This document shows positions 8,309 through 17,203 of a DNA stretch of 43,247 nt, in pieces. A program made the position numbers and the translations under genes. The notes under the pieces were generated by a model that was given only the letters and a program-made list of their open reading frames with translations, had not been told where the DNA came from and did no database searches. Origin of the DNA: Elusimicrobiota bacterium (GTDB lineage Bacteria > Elusimicrobiota > Elusimicrobia > Elusimicrobiales > UBA9959); NCBI GenBank assembly GCA_018829985.1, contig JAHJSU010000251.1:1-43247 (forward strand), given 5' to 3'. Within the stretch, counting starts at the first letter, position 1. Every line of letters starts with the position of its first letter.

Positions 8309-9598
8309 TTAAAACTCCGTTTTGCTGACAAAGTTAAAATCCCGGACCGTTATCGGGGGGATCGAGGTGTAGATCATTTCCTTTTCCTTCCCTATCTCGG
8401 CCGTATTATGGAACAGGTCGAAAACGCTCTGGTTGAAGCGGAAGTTATTGACGCTCCCGGCCAGCTTCCCGTCCTTTATCCTGAAAACCCCGTCTCTCGT
8501 CATGCCGGTAAAAATGCCGTCCATCAGGTCGACCAGCCGGATATACCAGAAGCTGTTGACGTACAGTCCGTTTTCCACGTTTGAAACAAGCTTGCCGGCG
8601 GGTTTATCCGTGCCCTTGAAAATGACGTTCGCAGGGAATTTTCCCGTCGCCTGAACCCCCTTCTTCGCAGCGTAGAACCTTGAGTGCCAGGGGCGCGCGA
8701 GTTTTCCGTTCCTGATCATATCAAAACCGATATAAGGCATGGCGTCTTCCGGCGAGAAAGGCGACAGGCTGACCTTCTCGTGGTCCGGCTTTGAATAAAT
8801 ATGTATCGCTTCATCCGCGATGCGCTCGCCCGGCCTTTTTGAGAAAGCGGTCCGTCCCTCGTCTATCGCCTTCGCGTCCATGTTGTGCCAGAGGAACATC
8901 ATAAGAAGCTCTTCAACGGCCGGAGGCCCCAGCACGACGGTGTATTTGCCGGCTTCCAGGGAAGCGGGATCAGCGGAAAGCCGCGCGTTGCCGATAATAT
9001 TCGCGAGGAACGCTTCCCCGTCATAGTCGGAGAAGTCTTTTGAGACGTGAAAATCCTTGAACGAGGAGTTTCCCGTCATGGCCGTAAGGGCGAATGTGGA
9101 ATAGCAATTGTTGTGTGAAACGCGCACGCCTTTGTTATTGTATACCTCGACAGTATACGGGTTCGTGGAGAGGCTGCCGGCGGAGTTCAGACCGGCTTTT
9201 TTAAGCTCCCTGAACGCGTCCCGGAGGATGCCGTATTTTTTGCCGTCGGACAGTTCCCCGAAGGCGGGCTTGAAATGTTTTATGGCCTGCGCCTCCTCGT
9301 TCGTCACGGGAGGCATATATTCCGGGTCTTTCGGCAGGAGTTTCGCCGCCTCATACGCTTTTTTTACCGCGTGCGTTACGCCGTCTTCCGAAAGATCGTT
9401 CGTCCTGTATGACCCGATCCTGCCGTCATAACCTACTTCGACCTTCACTTCCTCCTCCAGTTTGAACAGGTTTTCCCTGTTCACGGAATTATTGGAGAAC
9501 CTTATGTGATGCGTCTCGCTTTTTCCGTAACAGACTACGACATGGTCCGTCACGGGCTTCTTCAATATTTTTTCTATGATCAAATCCGGTCTTTTCAT
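8309..9598 (-). CDS. tldE: TldE/PmbA-family protein
   Basis: HIRFSNN, GKYTVVLGPPAV, GLYVNSFWYIR, TGMTRDG, NFRFNQS. Translationally coupled to tldD. Confidence 0.88.
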   Translation of the reverse strand: MKRPDLIIEKILKKPVTDHVVVCYGKSETHHIRFSNNSVNRENLFKLEEEVKVEVGYDGRIGSYRTNDLSEDGVTHAVKKAYEAAKLLPKDPEYMPPVTNEEAQAIKHFKPAFGELSDGKKYGILRDAFRELKKAGLNSAGSLSTNPYTVEVYNNKGVRVSHNNCYSTFALTAMTGNSSFKDFHVSKDFSDYDGEAFLANIIGNARLSADPASLEAGKYTVVLGPPAVEELLMMFLWHNMDAKAIDEGRTAFSKRPGERIADEAIHIYSKPDHEKVSLSPFSPEDAMPYIGFDMIRNGKLARPWHSRFYAAKKGVQATGKFPANVIFKGTDKPAGKLVSNVENGLYVNSFWYIRLVDLMDGIFTGMTRDGVFRIKDGKLAGSVNNFRFNQSVFDLFHNTAEIGKEKEMIYTSIPPITVRDFNFVSKTEF

Positions 9599-11034
9599 TA
9601 TTTCGCCCTCCGTACCATGATCTTCCTGAACCTGGCCGGGCTTGCCCCGTGGGTCATCTGGGCCAGCTGCATGGGATCGCCTTTCCCGCAGGTTATGAAC
9701 CCCGCCCGTTTAAAAGACCTTTCATCGGCTATGGCGTCGCAGCTGCGCCAGAACTCGTAGGAGATCGCGTTATATACGACGTTTTTCAGCATGCCCGTGA
9801 GCTTCCCTTTTTTTATTTCCCAGAAAGCGTCCCCGCCGAACTGCATATTGAGCCGCATCTGGTCTATGCTGAACGAACCCATGCCTTCGATGTAGATCCC
9901 GTCATCGGTGTCCGCGATCAGTTCTTCAACCGAGAGAGGCTTCGCGCCGGGCGCCAGATAGAGGTTCGGTATCCTGGTAATAGGGACATCGCAGTACTTG
10001 GCGGCCCTTGTGGTGCCGTTCGCGCGCTCCATTTTCATCCTGTGGGCGAGTTCCCGGTTCACCCCGTATCCCGTAAGTATCCCGTTTTTTATCATGTGCC
10101 ACTTCCGGCATTCAACGCCCTCGTCGTCGTATCCGCAGCTCGCGAGCCCCCCCTCAAGGGTGTTGTCCGCGATAAAGTTGACGATCTCGGAACCGTATTT
10201 AAAATTATTAAGCTTCTCCATGGTCGCGAAACTCCTGCCGGCGCAGGACTCTTCATAGCCGAGAACGCGGTCAAGCTCCGTCGGATGCCCTACGGACTCG
10301 TGCATGGTAAGGGAAAGGTGCTCCGGATCAAGTATAAGCGTGGCAGTCCCGGTTTCGCAGGACCTGGCAAAACAGTGCTCGCGGGCCTGCGCGGCTATCC
10401 TTTCCGCGTTGGTCTTGAAATCTATCCCCCTGAAATATTCATAGCCGGCATTCATGGGAGCGGGCCAGTAATGCCGCGTTTTCACCTCGCCGCCGGCCCT
10501 GGCCGTGGCTTCGATCTGGGGGAGCACGGTGAAGACGTCGGTTTCTATTACAGAGCCTTCCGTATTGGCGTATTTCTTCTTCATGTTCCGGAACACAAGA
10601 TAGGAGCCCGCTTTGATAACATCCTTTCCTTTCAGTATCGTTTCGCCGGCCTGGAGGAGCACGCCGACGGCGTCGCTCACTTTCACGTCGAACGGGTCTT
10701 CCTTTATCGTCGTCGAGAATTTCGCGGTATGCCTGGGCTCTCCGGCCAGTTCAACGGCGCCTGCCGCGGATTTGTCCGCGCTTTTGGCGAGAGCCAGCGC
10801 CTTGTCGGCGGTTTTCCTGAGGGCGGCCGGGTCCGTCCTGCTTGTGGAGGCGTAACCCCAGCCGTTTTCCCAGAGCGCTTTTATACCGACGCCGGAAACG
10901 TTCTGTTCGGTTATCTGTTCCACGCGGGTGTCTTCCGTTGTAATTTCCCGCTCGCGGAAAAGATGTTCCCGCGCGTCCGCGAAACGGACCTTTTTTCCCG
11001 CCAGATAGCTTATGATCTCCCTGAGGTTGTCCAT
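9598..11034 (-). CDS. tldD: TldD-family metalloprotease
   Basis: HESVGHPTELDR, YDDEGV, SFSIDQMRLNMQFGG, CGKGDPMQ...HGASPARF. Confidence 0.93.
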   Translation of the reverse strand: MDNLREIISYLAGKKVRFADAREHLFREREITTEDTRVEQITEQNVSGVGIKALWENGWGYASTSRTDPAALRKTADKALALAKSADKSAAGAVELAGEPRHTAKFSTTIKEDPFDVKVSDAVGVLLQAGETILKGKDVIKAGSYLVFRNMKKKYANTEGSVIETDVFTVLPQIEATARAGGEVKTRHYWPAPMNAGYEYFRGIDFKTNAERIAAQAREHCFARSCETGTATLILDPEHLSLTMHESVGHPTELDRVLGYEESCAGRSFATMEKLNNFKYGSEIVNFIADNTLEGGLASCGYDDEGVECRKWHMIKNGILTGYGVNRELAHRMKMERANGTTRAAKYCDVPITRIPNLYLAPGAKPLSVEELIADTDDGIYIEGMGSFSIDQMRLNMQFGGDAFWEIKKGKLTGMLKNVVYNAISYEFWRSCDAIADERSFKRAGFITCGKGDPMQLAQMTHGASPARFRKIMVRRAK

Positions 11035-11078
11035 ATATTCCTTATTTTCTTATTTGAGCTGGTTTGCATCCTTAAATT

Positions 11079-11186
11079 GTTACTACTCAGCCACAAAGTC
11101 ACAAAGACACGAAGGAAATCAGACAATAAACCGTTTGATCCATAAACTTTCTTTGTGCCTTGGTGTCTTAGTGGCTGAGTAGTTAC
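11079..11186 (-). mobile_element. GTAAC-TIR MITE, cargo type A, 108 bp
   Basis: GTTACTACTCAGCC...GGCTGAGTAGTTAC with perfect 8-bp TSD CTTAAATT (11071-78 / 11187-94). Confidence 0.95.
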
Positions 11187-11224
11187 CTTAAATTATAATA
11201 CAAAAATAGGCGAAATCAGACTCT

Positions 11225-12283
11225 TTAAGACCAGACGCCCGCTATGTCCGCGGAACAGCCGGGGCATGCCCCCGTGCCGCGTCCGGAGCTCCTGACCGCG
11301 TTTTCCAGCACCTTGAAACCGCGCCGCCGCACCAGCGCCCTGCCGCAGGCCGGACAGCAAGTGTCCTCGAACCCGCGCCCCGGGATATTTCCGGTATAGA
11401 CGTATTTCAGGCCTTTCCTCAAGCCTATCTCCCTGGCTTTTACCAGCGTCGCGGGGGACGTGGCGTCCCGGTCCGTCATCTTGTAGGCGGGATAAAAAGC
11501 CGTGACATGCCAGGGAATGTCGCCGGAGAGGCCGGCGATGAAGCCCGCCAGAGCCTCAAGTTCGGCGGTTCCGTCGTTAAAGCCGGGTATAAGCAGCGTT
11601 ACTATCTCAAGCCAGAAGCCCTTGGCGTGTATCATCTCCAGCGCCTTCAGGACCTTACCCAGTTTTCCTCCGGCCGTTTTCCGGTACTTCTCGTCATCGA
11701 AAGTCTTGAGGTCCGCCTTATAGAGATCGACGTGCGGCCTTATATAATCCAGGACTTCGGCCGAGGCGTAGCCGTTCGAAACATAAGCGGCCCTGATGCC
11801 GTATTTCCGGGCTTCCCTGAAAACGGCCGCGCTCCACTCTGCGGTTATCAGCGGCTCGTTATAGGTGGAGACTATCAGGCCTGCCTCCGCTGTGCGGGCG
11901 GCGGAAGCGAGTTCTTCCGGCGTTACCGGCTCAAGGCTCCCGGCAAGGCAGGCGGGGTCTCTGAGAACCTGTGAAGTGCGGTGGTTCTGGCAGAAAGCGC
12001 ATTTAAAATTACAGCCGAGCATTCCGAACGAGAGGGTAACGGCTCCGGGCAGGACGTGAAAAAAAGGTTTTTTTTCCACGGGGTCCGGCGCGGAACCCGA
12101 GATGTAGCCCCAGGGGGCCTTCAGGGTTCCGCCTTCATTAAAGCGCACTTTGCATACGCCCGCGCCGCCGGCGGCTATGACGCATTTGTGGGCGCAGGCA
12201 AGGCACCGGCAGGCGTTGCCGGGCATTTTTTCGGCCAGCGCGGCCGGGGCGGAATATTTACGCAGCTGTTCAAAAAGAGTCAT
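11225..12283 (-). CDS. amrS: AmmeMemoRadiSam system radical SAM enzyme (PFL-activating-enzyme-like)
   Basis: N-terminal CxxCxxxC....GxC, DPVEKKPFFH, CNFKCAFCQN, TYNEP, WHVTAFYPAYKM and C-terminal CPAC/CPGC. Confidence 0.92.
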   Translation of the reverse strand: MTLFEQLRKYSAPAALAEKMPGNACRCLACAHKCVIAAGGAGVCKVRFNEGGTLKAPWGYISGSAPDPVEKKPFFHVLPGAVTLSFGMLGCNFKCAFCQNHRTSQVLRDPACLAGSLEPVTPEELASAARTAEAGLIVSTYNEPLITAEWSAAVFREARKYGIRAAYVSNGYASAEVLDYIRPHVDLYKADLKTFDDEKYRKTAGGKLGKVLKALEMIHAKGFWLEIVTLLIPGFNDGTAELEALAGFIAGLSGDIPWHVTAFYPAYKMTDRDATSPATLVKAREIGLRKGLKYVYTGNIPGRGFEDTCCPACGRALVRRRGFKVLENAVRSSGRGTGACPGCSADIAGVWS

Positions 12284-12290
12284 AAAATAG

Positions 12291-12412
12291 GGAAGGCTTA
12301 AGGCTAAAGGATAAAGGCTAAGGGAAGATTTTTTTTGTTTTCCAGTGTCTTTACCCTAATCCTTTAGCCTTCATCCTTTATCCTTCCAGAAATTGCCATG
12401 GCAATTTTCGGG
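12291..12412. repeat. 7-nt periodic palindrome capped by P1 palindrome
   Basis: aaggcttaaggctaaaggataaaggct ... cctttagccttcatcctttatcctt, then CCAGAAATTGCCATGGCAATTTTCGG. Confidence 0.8.
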
Positions 12413-13285
12413 CTAGGGCGCAATGACGTTAAGAACCTGATGCAGGACTGAAAATCTCAAGTTCCCGTCGCTTTCAAAATCCTCACCGTCCAGATGATAC
12501 GGGGATCCGGCCGGGCAGCTGAGCTCGACCGTGCGGGCGGTGAAAGTCGTGACCAGGTCCGTATGCCTGGGCAGGGTGCCGTTAAAAAGGTCCGGGACGG
12601 CGCGCAAGGTCCGCAAAATGCCGGCTTTTTTCACCACCACGACGTTCAGTATGCCGTCGTCGATATAGGCGTCAGGCGCGATCACGGCCCCCCCGCCGTA
12701 TTGGCGGCCGTTCAGGATAGCGGTGACCATTGGCGAAAACTCATAGCGCCGGCCGTTCATTACGATTACGACGGGCCCGGGCCTGTACCGTAAAAATGTG
12801 ACAGCGGAATGATAGACATAAGGCAATATGCCTCTGCGGCAGCCGCTATTGAAGATCCGGGCCACCTCGGCGTCAAGGCCCACGCCCGCCGCGCAGAAAA
12901 ACGGTTTACCGTTCGCCAGCCCCGCGTCTATTTTCCGCGGACGCCATTGGAGCAGCCCGTTAAGGGCTTCCTCTATTTTCAGCGGGATATAGAGGTTCCT
13001 GGCCAAGCCGTTGCCTGAACCGCCGGGCAGTATCCCCAGCGCCTGGGTCCTGCCTATCAAAGGTTCGGCGGCCTCGCGGATGGTCCCGTCTCCGCCGGCT
13101 GCGACCACATGGAAAAACCCGTTTATGACGGCTTTTCTTGAAAGCTCGGCGGCATGGCCGCGCCGTTCGGTAAAGGCCAGCTCATAATGCAGGCGCCGCC
13201 CCTTAAAAAAATCATGTATAAGTTCCGGCAGTCGCGCGGCGCCGGCTTTACCGGCGGCGGGGTTTATAATGAAGAAATAAGACAT
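12413..13285 (-). CDS. Diacylglycerol/lipid kinase, YegS/Rv2252/BmrU family
   Basis: Motifs INPAAG, AGGDGT, LPGGSGNGLAR, GVGLDA, YGGG, DDG, LDGE. Confidence 0.93.
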   Translation of the reverse strand: MSYFFIINPAAGKAGAARLPELIHDFFKGRRLHYELAFTERRGHAAELSRKAVINGFFHVVAAGGDGTIREAAEPLIGRTQALGILPGGSGNGLARNLYIPLKIEEALNGLLQWRPRKIDAGLANGKPFFCAAGVGLDAEVARIFNSGCRRGILPYVYHSAVTFLRYRPGPVVIVMNGRRYEFSPMVTAILNGRQYGGGAVIAPDAYIDDGILNVVVVKKAGILRTLRAVPDLFNGTLPRHTDLVTTFTARTVELSCPAGSPYHLDGEDFESDGNLRFSVLHQVLNVIAP

Positions 13286-13300
13286 AAGAGTAAAGGAAGG

Positions 13301-13413
13301 CTAAAGTGTAGAGTCTAGAGTGTAAAGTAAACAATACAAGTCGCGAGTGGAGAGGTTAAAGTAATAACGGAATGTTTTAATACTCTACACTTTAGACTGT
13401 AGACTTTCGACTT
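13301..13413. repeat. Periodic palindrome (7-nt AGTGTAG/AGTCTAG units)
   Basis: taaagtgtagagtctagagtgtaaagt ... actctacactttagactgtagactttcgactt. Confidence 0.75.
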
Positions 13414-13416
13414 TTA

Positions 13417-14157
13417 TTATTCTACCGCGCTTACTCCGGTGGCCCAGGAGGCTTTTTTGCCGCTTGGATTTATCCCAAGCAGTTTATTGCCGGAGCTTAA
13501 GTCTCCTTTTACGCATTTGAAAATGATATTGTAAAAATAGCCGATTTTAAGCTCCGGTTTTTCACCCAGCAGGAAATCGTCTTCTATATAGACATAATCC
13601 ACGTTTTTGCCGCCGCGGGCGTATACAAAATTAAGCGTCCAGCCGTTCTGCGTTTTCTTGGCCAGGATCATCTGGAGCTCCATCCCAAGGTCCTGCCCGG
13701 CGTAGCGCGCCGGATTTTTAAAGAAACCATCTTCAGCGCCTCTGACTACGGAGTCTTTATTCTCCGCTTTATCAGCCCTGGCCGGCTGCCCGTCTGCGGG
13801 CCCGGGGCCGGTCTGAGACTCGTCTCCGCCATAGGTTATCTCATAATCCGCTTCGGGCGCGGGCTTGACCGGCAGGGCGAAATCCTCCCCGGTCCCATCG
13901 GTTTTCGCCCGGGGTGAAACAGCCAGGCTCCTGGTTGAGGCGGCCCCCTCCCCGCCGGCGGCCGCCGGGCCTTTTGCGGCCGGGGTCTCAGGATTATCGT
14001 CCGGAGCCGGTTTAGCGGCAGTATAGCCGCGGGGATATCTGGCGACATAACGGTCCGCTTCTTTCCCGCCCAGGCGTTCTTTTATGATATAGCCAAGGAT
14101 GACGCCTATAAGCAGGACCAGCAGCGTGTTTATTATTCGCAATCTGAAAAAGTTCAC
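13417..14157 (-). CDS. Membrane-anchored hypothetical protein with low-complexity linker
   Basis: GTG start with AGG SD-like sequence, N-terminal TM helix, Pro/Ala/Gly linker, globular C-terminus. Confidence 0.75.
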   Translation of the reverse strand: MNFFRLRIINTLLVLLIGVILGYIIKERLGGKEADRYVARYPRGYTAAKPAPDDNPETPAAKGPAAAGGEGAASTRSLAVSPRAKTDGTGEDFALPVKPAPEADYEITYGGDESQTGPGPADGQPARADKAENKDSVVRGAEDGFFKNPARYAGQDLGMELQMILAKKTQNGWTLNFVYARGGKNVDYVYIEDDFLLGEKPELKIGYFYNIIFKCVKGDLSSGNKLLGINPSGKKASWATGVSAVE

Positions 14158-14250
14158 TTAGGAGCCTCCGCAGAATAACTTGAACATTTGGCTGACCGAT
14201 TTTGCGGCGAAACGAGGAACGAGGAGCGCGTCGTTATTTCATTAACGTTC

Positions 14251-14397
14251 GTAACTGCTTAGGTAGCTAGGCTGCTGGACAGCTAAACTGCTAGACAGCT
14301 AGACAGCTAGGCTGCCAGAAAAATATTTTTTGTTTCTTCCTCTGCGAAGCTGCCTCGCCGTCTAGCCGCCTAGCCGCCTCGCTACCTGAGTAGTAAC
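14251..14397. mobile_element. GTAAC-TIR MITE, cargo type C (GCTAGACA octamer palindrome), 147 bp
   Basis: GTAACTGCTTAGGTAGC...GCTACCTGAGTAGTAAC with degenerate TSD TAACGTTC / CAACGCTC. Confidence 0.82.
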
Positions 14398-14461
14398 CAA
14401 CGCTCCATATATTGTATATTTTAGTGGTATGAAGAAAACATTGATTTTTTTAGGAGGTACG

Positions 14462-15199
14462 ATGAAAAGAGTATTAACCGCTCTTATCCTGACGGGGTTT
14501 TTGACGGGTTTGTCATGGGGTGAAACAGCGTGCGTCTATGAATACAGCGGCGAAGTGTTCCTGCTTGAGCCGGGTTCCGCCGTGTGGCAGACACTGGTCA
14601 AACCGACGCCGCTTAAAGAAGGCTCGCGCGTAAAGACCGGTCCGAAAGGTTTCTGCAAAATCCTCGCCGGAGACGGCACTTTGATAGATATTGACGAAAA
14701 CTCCGAAACCGTGGTGGAAACGCTGAAACTTGAAAAAGCCAGTCGGGATTACAGCTTCAATCTGATAAAAGGCAAAATAATGTGGCTGTTCGCCAAGGCA
14801 AAAGCAAGACTCTCCAAACTTGTGGTAAAGACCCCCCGCGCCGTGTGCGCCGTCCGCGGGACAAGCTTTACCATTTTGGTCTCGTCGGATACTTCCGAGA
14901 TAGGCCTTTTTGAGGGCGCGCTGGACATAAAGGCGGGCGGCAAAGAAACGGCGCTCACTCCCGGGAAGGAGGCGCTGGTGGGCTCCGACACCGAAGTAAA
15001 AGTGAACGAGCAGCTGTCGAGATTCATGCGGGCGGAACAGCGGCGCTATCTCAAGCTTCAGAAATACGCCGACACACTCCGTAAAAAATTGGCGGCCCGG
15101 GAAGGATATATAGACGATTTTCTTAAGGTCCAGGATAAAAAGCTAAAGGCCCGTGAAGAACGGCTGAAGAACAGGCTTGAAAAGCGCGGAAAGAAGTAA
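14462..15199 (+). CDS. FecR-domain exported protein with C-terminal coiled coil
   Basis: AGGAGG SD before ATG 14462, signal peptide, L..G..VKTG, DGT.I.IDENS, VKTPRAVCAVRGTSF, LFEG. Confidence 0.85.
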   Translation: MKRVLTALILTGFLTGLSWGETACVYEYSGEVFLLEPGSAVWQTLVKPTPLKEGSRVKTGPKGFCKILAGDGTLIDIDENSETVVETLKLEKASRDYSFNLIKGKIMWLFAKAKARLSKLVVKTPRAVCAVRGTSFTILVSSDTSEIGLFEGALDIKAGGKETALTPGKEALVGSDTEVKVNEQLSRFMRAEQRRYLKLQKYADTLRKKLAAREGYIDDFLKVQDKKLKAREERLKNRLEKRGKK

Positions 15200-15208
15200 C
15201 GAAAATTG

Positions 15209-15321
15209 GTAACTACTCAGGTCTGTCGTCGTAGTGGCAGAGTTTACTCTGCCCAAAAAGGCAAAGCAAGCTTTGCCACTACAAAAAATACGTGAAAAAT
15301 ACGGAGAACCTGAGTAGTTAC
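15209..15321. mobile_element. GTAAC-TIR MITE, cargo type B, 113 bp
   Basis: Same sequence as 6006-6118. TSD GAAAATTG / GGAAATTG (7/8). Confidence 0.92.
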
Positions 15322-15330
15322 GGAAATTGT

Positions 15331-15402
15331 AAGTTGACAAGTTGACTGGTTGATAAGTGTCGCAGCTTTCTTGCTTATCAACTGCCGTTCCCACTTATCA
15401 AC
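15331..15402. repeat. Periodic palindrome (8-nt AGTTGACA/GTTGATAA units)
   Basis: aagttgacaagttgactggttgataag ... cttatcaactgccgttcccacttatcaac. Inverted sister copy at 35529-35728. Confidence 0.75.
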
Positions 15403-15420
15403 GGGGTTTTTTAACCAGCC

Positions 15421-16494
15421 TTACTTCCCCGGAGCCATTTGAAGTTCGGCCTCAAGGTCGTATGACGAGGTTCTGTTTATCTTAACCGGGAACCGCGCAT
15501 TCTTCATCAGCAGCTGGGAGAGATCCGAGGCGTTGCCTTTGCGCAGCCCCACGTCGATGGAGGCCGTATCCCCCGTCAAAGACCTCAGCCAGCACCCCCG
15601 CACCATGGGAATGTTCCTGAGGGATTTTAAAAAATCGCTCAGTTGGTTCATGCCTTCAACTTTTAAGAGAGAAAGCCGTACCATTGATTTTTCCCGCAGG
15701 CCCTTAAGAACTTTCTCTTTCAGTTCCTCGCCGGTTCTTTTGGCCGCGTTGATAATGGCGGCCTTGGCGGCGGCCGATTTGTTCAGATCTATGCCGCCGG
15801 CTGTTTCCTGGAGCGCGGCAAGCGTTTCTCCCGAGCCCTGCTTGACGGCAGCTACCGACAACGCCGCCCTGTATGAAATAAAGCCGCCCAGGCCATCCCC
15901 GGTGTTAAACTGGGATTTGACGGAGCCTTTTATAAGGATGTCGGCCTTCTCTTTTTCGCCCGTCATAAACCCGGCGTCCGCGAAAGTGTTCTTGAGTTCC
16001 AGTTCCGCGTAATTGGTTTTCTGGGCTTTTCCGTCCATGTCCTCCGCTATGTCAAAGCCGATGACGGGATTACCCAGTTTCTGGGGCTCGCTTTCAAGGT
16101 TTTTAAGCTTGGCGGATAAATCCTCTTTGCGCACATGGGCCCTTATTCTGGTCTTATAGAACTCGCCGGCAGTCTCTTCCTTGAGTATTTCGTATTTCTC
16201 GATGTAGCCCTCGGTCTGCGAAGTGATGGTATCGTTTATCAGGATGGCTTTCGCGACCATGGCCTCCTGCGAAACATAGATGCCGACCACCAGGCCCAGG
16301 GCGTTCTTCATCGCCTCGTGCAGCGCCGTCTTCTTCGCCCCCACGACGTCGCCGTTGACTATCGGAGCCTGGCCTTCCGCCTCCACAACCTCGGTTTCGT
16401 ACGCGCTGTTAAGGGCGGACCTGCGGGCGCCCGAGCAACCGCCGCTAAGGAGGGCAAAAAAAACAATACACAAGATATTCAGATATCTTTTCAT
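15421..16494 (-). CDS. Lipoprotein with FlgT-N/LPP20-like N-terminal domain
   Basis: Lipobox LSGGC; VEAEGQA...AKKTALHEA..NALG.VVG.YVS...EGYIEKYEIL pattern. Confidence 0.75.
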   Translation of the reverse strand: MKRYLNILCIVFFALLSGGCSGARRSALNSAYETEVVEAEGQAPIVNGDVVGAKKTALHEAMKNALGLVVGIYVSQEAMVAKAILINDTITSQTEGYIEKYEILKEETAGEFYKTRIRAHVRKEDLSAKLKNLESEPQKLGNPVIGFDIAEDMDGKAQKTNYAELELKNTFADAGFMTGEKEKADILIKGSVKSQFNTGDGLGGFISYRAALSVAAVKQGSGETLAALQETAGGIDLNKSAAAKAAIINAAKRTGEELKEKVLKGLREKSMVRLSLLKVEGMNQLSDFLKSLRNIPMVRGCWLRSLTGDTASIDVGLRKGNASDLSQLLMKNARFPVKINRTSSYDLEAELQMAPGK

Positions 16495-16517
16495 TTTGGA
16501 AACCTTTAACGCCGGCG

Positions 16518-16967
16518 CTAGTCCTGGATCTTTATGCCGGCGTCTTTAAGAACTTTTTTGGGAAGCTTTAAGATCACCACGCAGCCGTCGTCCGAAGTCC
16601 ATTCGCTCCGGACCACCTGCGCGCCTTTGATGACGGAGTCTATTTTGGTGGCGAGCACGGAATCGGTTTCTATGGCTTTTTCGACCGTTATGCCGCCCTC
16701 AAGGCCGACGCCTTTGACAAAAGACAGCATACTGTGCTGGGCGCCGACTATGGCGGCGTTTCTGGAGGTGGCCATGCGCTGGGTCTTGTTTTCCAGCGTC
16801 TGATCGGCGGCGCCTATGCCGCGGGCGAAGATCGCGGTTTTGGTGATGCCTTCCTCTATCCATTCCCTTTCTATTTCGCCGCCCTTTGAGACCGTGCCTT
16901 TTTCGGACGAAGAAGCGCAGCCCCACGCCAGTACCGCGAAAACCAATATCGCCGTCGTTTTTTTCAT
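16518..16967 (-). CDS. LPP20-like lipoprotein
   Basis: Lipobox AWGC; ARGIGA...SRNAA...VKGV.L...VIKGA pattern; GGAGG SD. Confidence 0.75.
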   Translation of the reverse strand: MKKTTAILVFAVLAWGCASSSEKGTVSKGGEIEREWIEEGITKTAIFARGIGAADQTLENKTQRMATSRNAAIVGAQHSMLSFVKGVGLEGGITVEKAIETDSVLATKIDSVIKGAQVVRSEWTSDDGCVVILKLPKKVLKDAGIKIQD

Positions 16968-17052
16968 AATCGTTCCCTCCCTGGATGGTCCGCCCAGTGC
17001 GGATACCTGCTCTTATTCTATAAATAAGGCGTTTACCTGTCAAATGAATAAA

Positions 17053-17203
17053 CCGGCAATCGCTATAGCGATTAGCCGGAAGGCTAAAGGATAAAGGCTA
17101 AAGGATGAAGGAAAAGATAAGGGAAATATAAGTTTTTTTCTGCCCTTTAGCCTTTATCCCTCATCCTTTATCCTTCCTGGAAAATTTACCTAAATTTTCC
17201 AGG
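17053..17203. repeat. 7-nt periodic palindrome capped by P1 and P2 palindromes
   Basis: CCGGCAATCGCTATAGCGATTAGCCGG, then AAGGCTA/AAGGATA arms, then CCTGGAAAATTTACCTAAATTTTCCAGG. Confidence 0.82.

Noticed and set aside
9649-11145. 498-aa plus-strand ORF
   Set aside because: Antisense shadow of tldD with no recognisable motifs, ending in a MITE. The same applies to 2603-3412, 24004-24765, 29859-30569 and other overlapping ORFs in GC-rich coding DNA.
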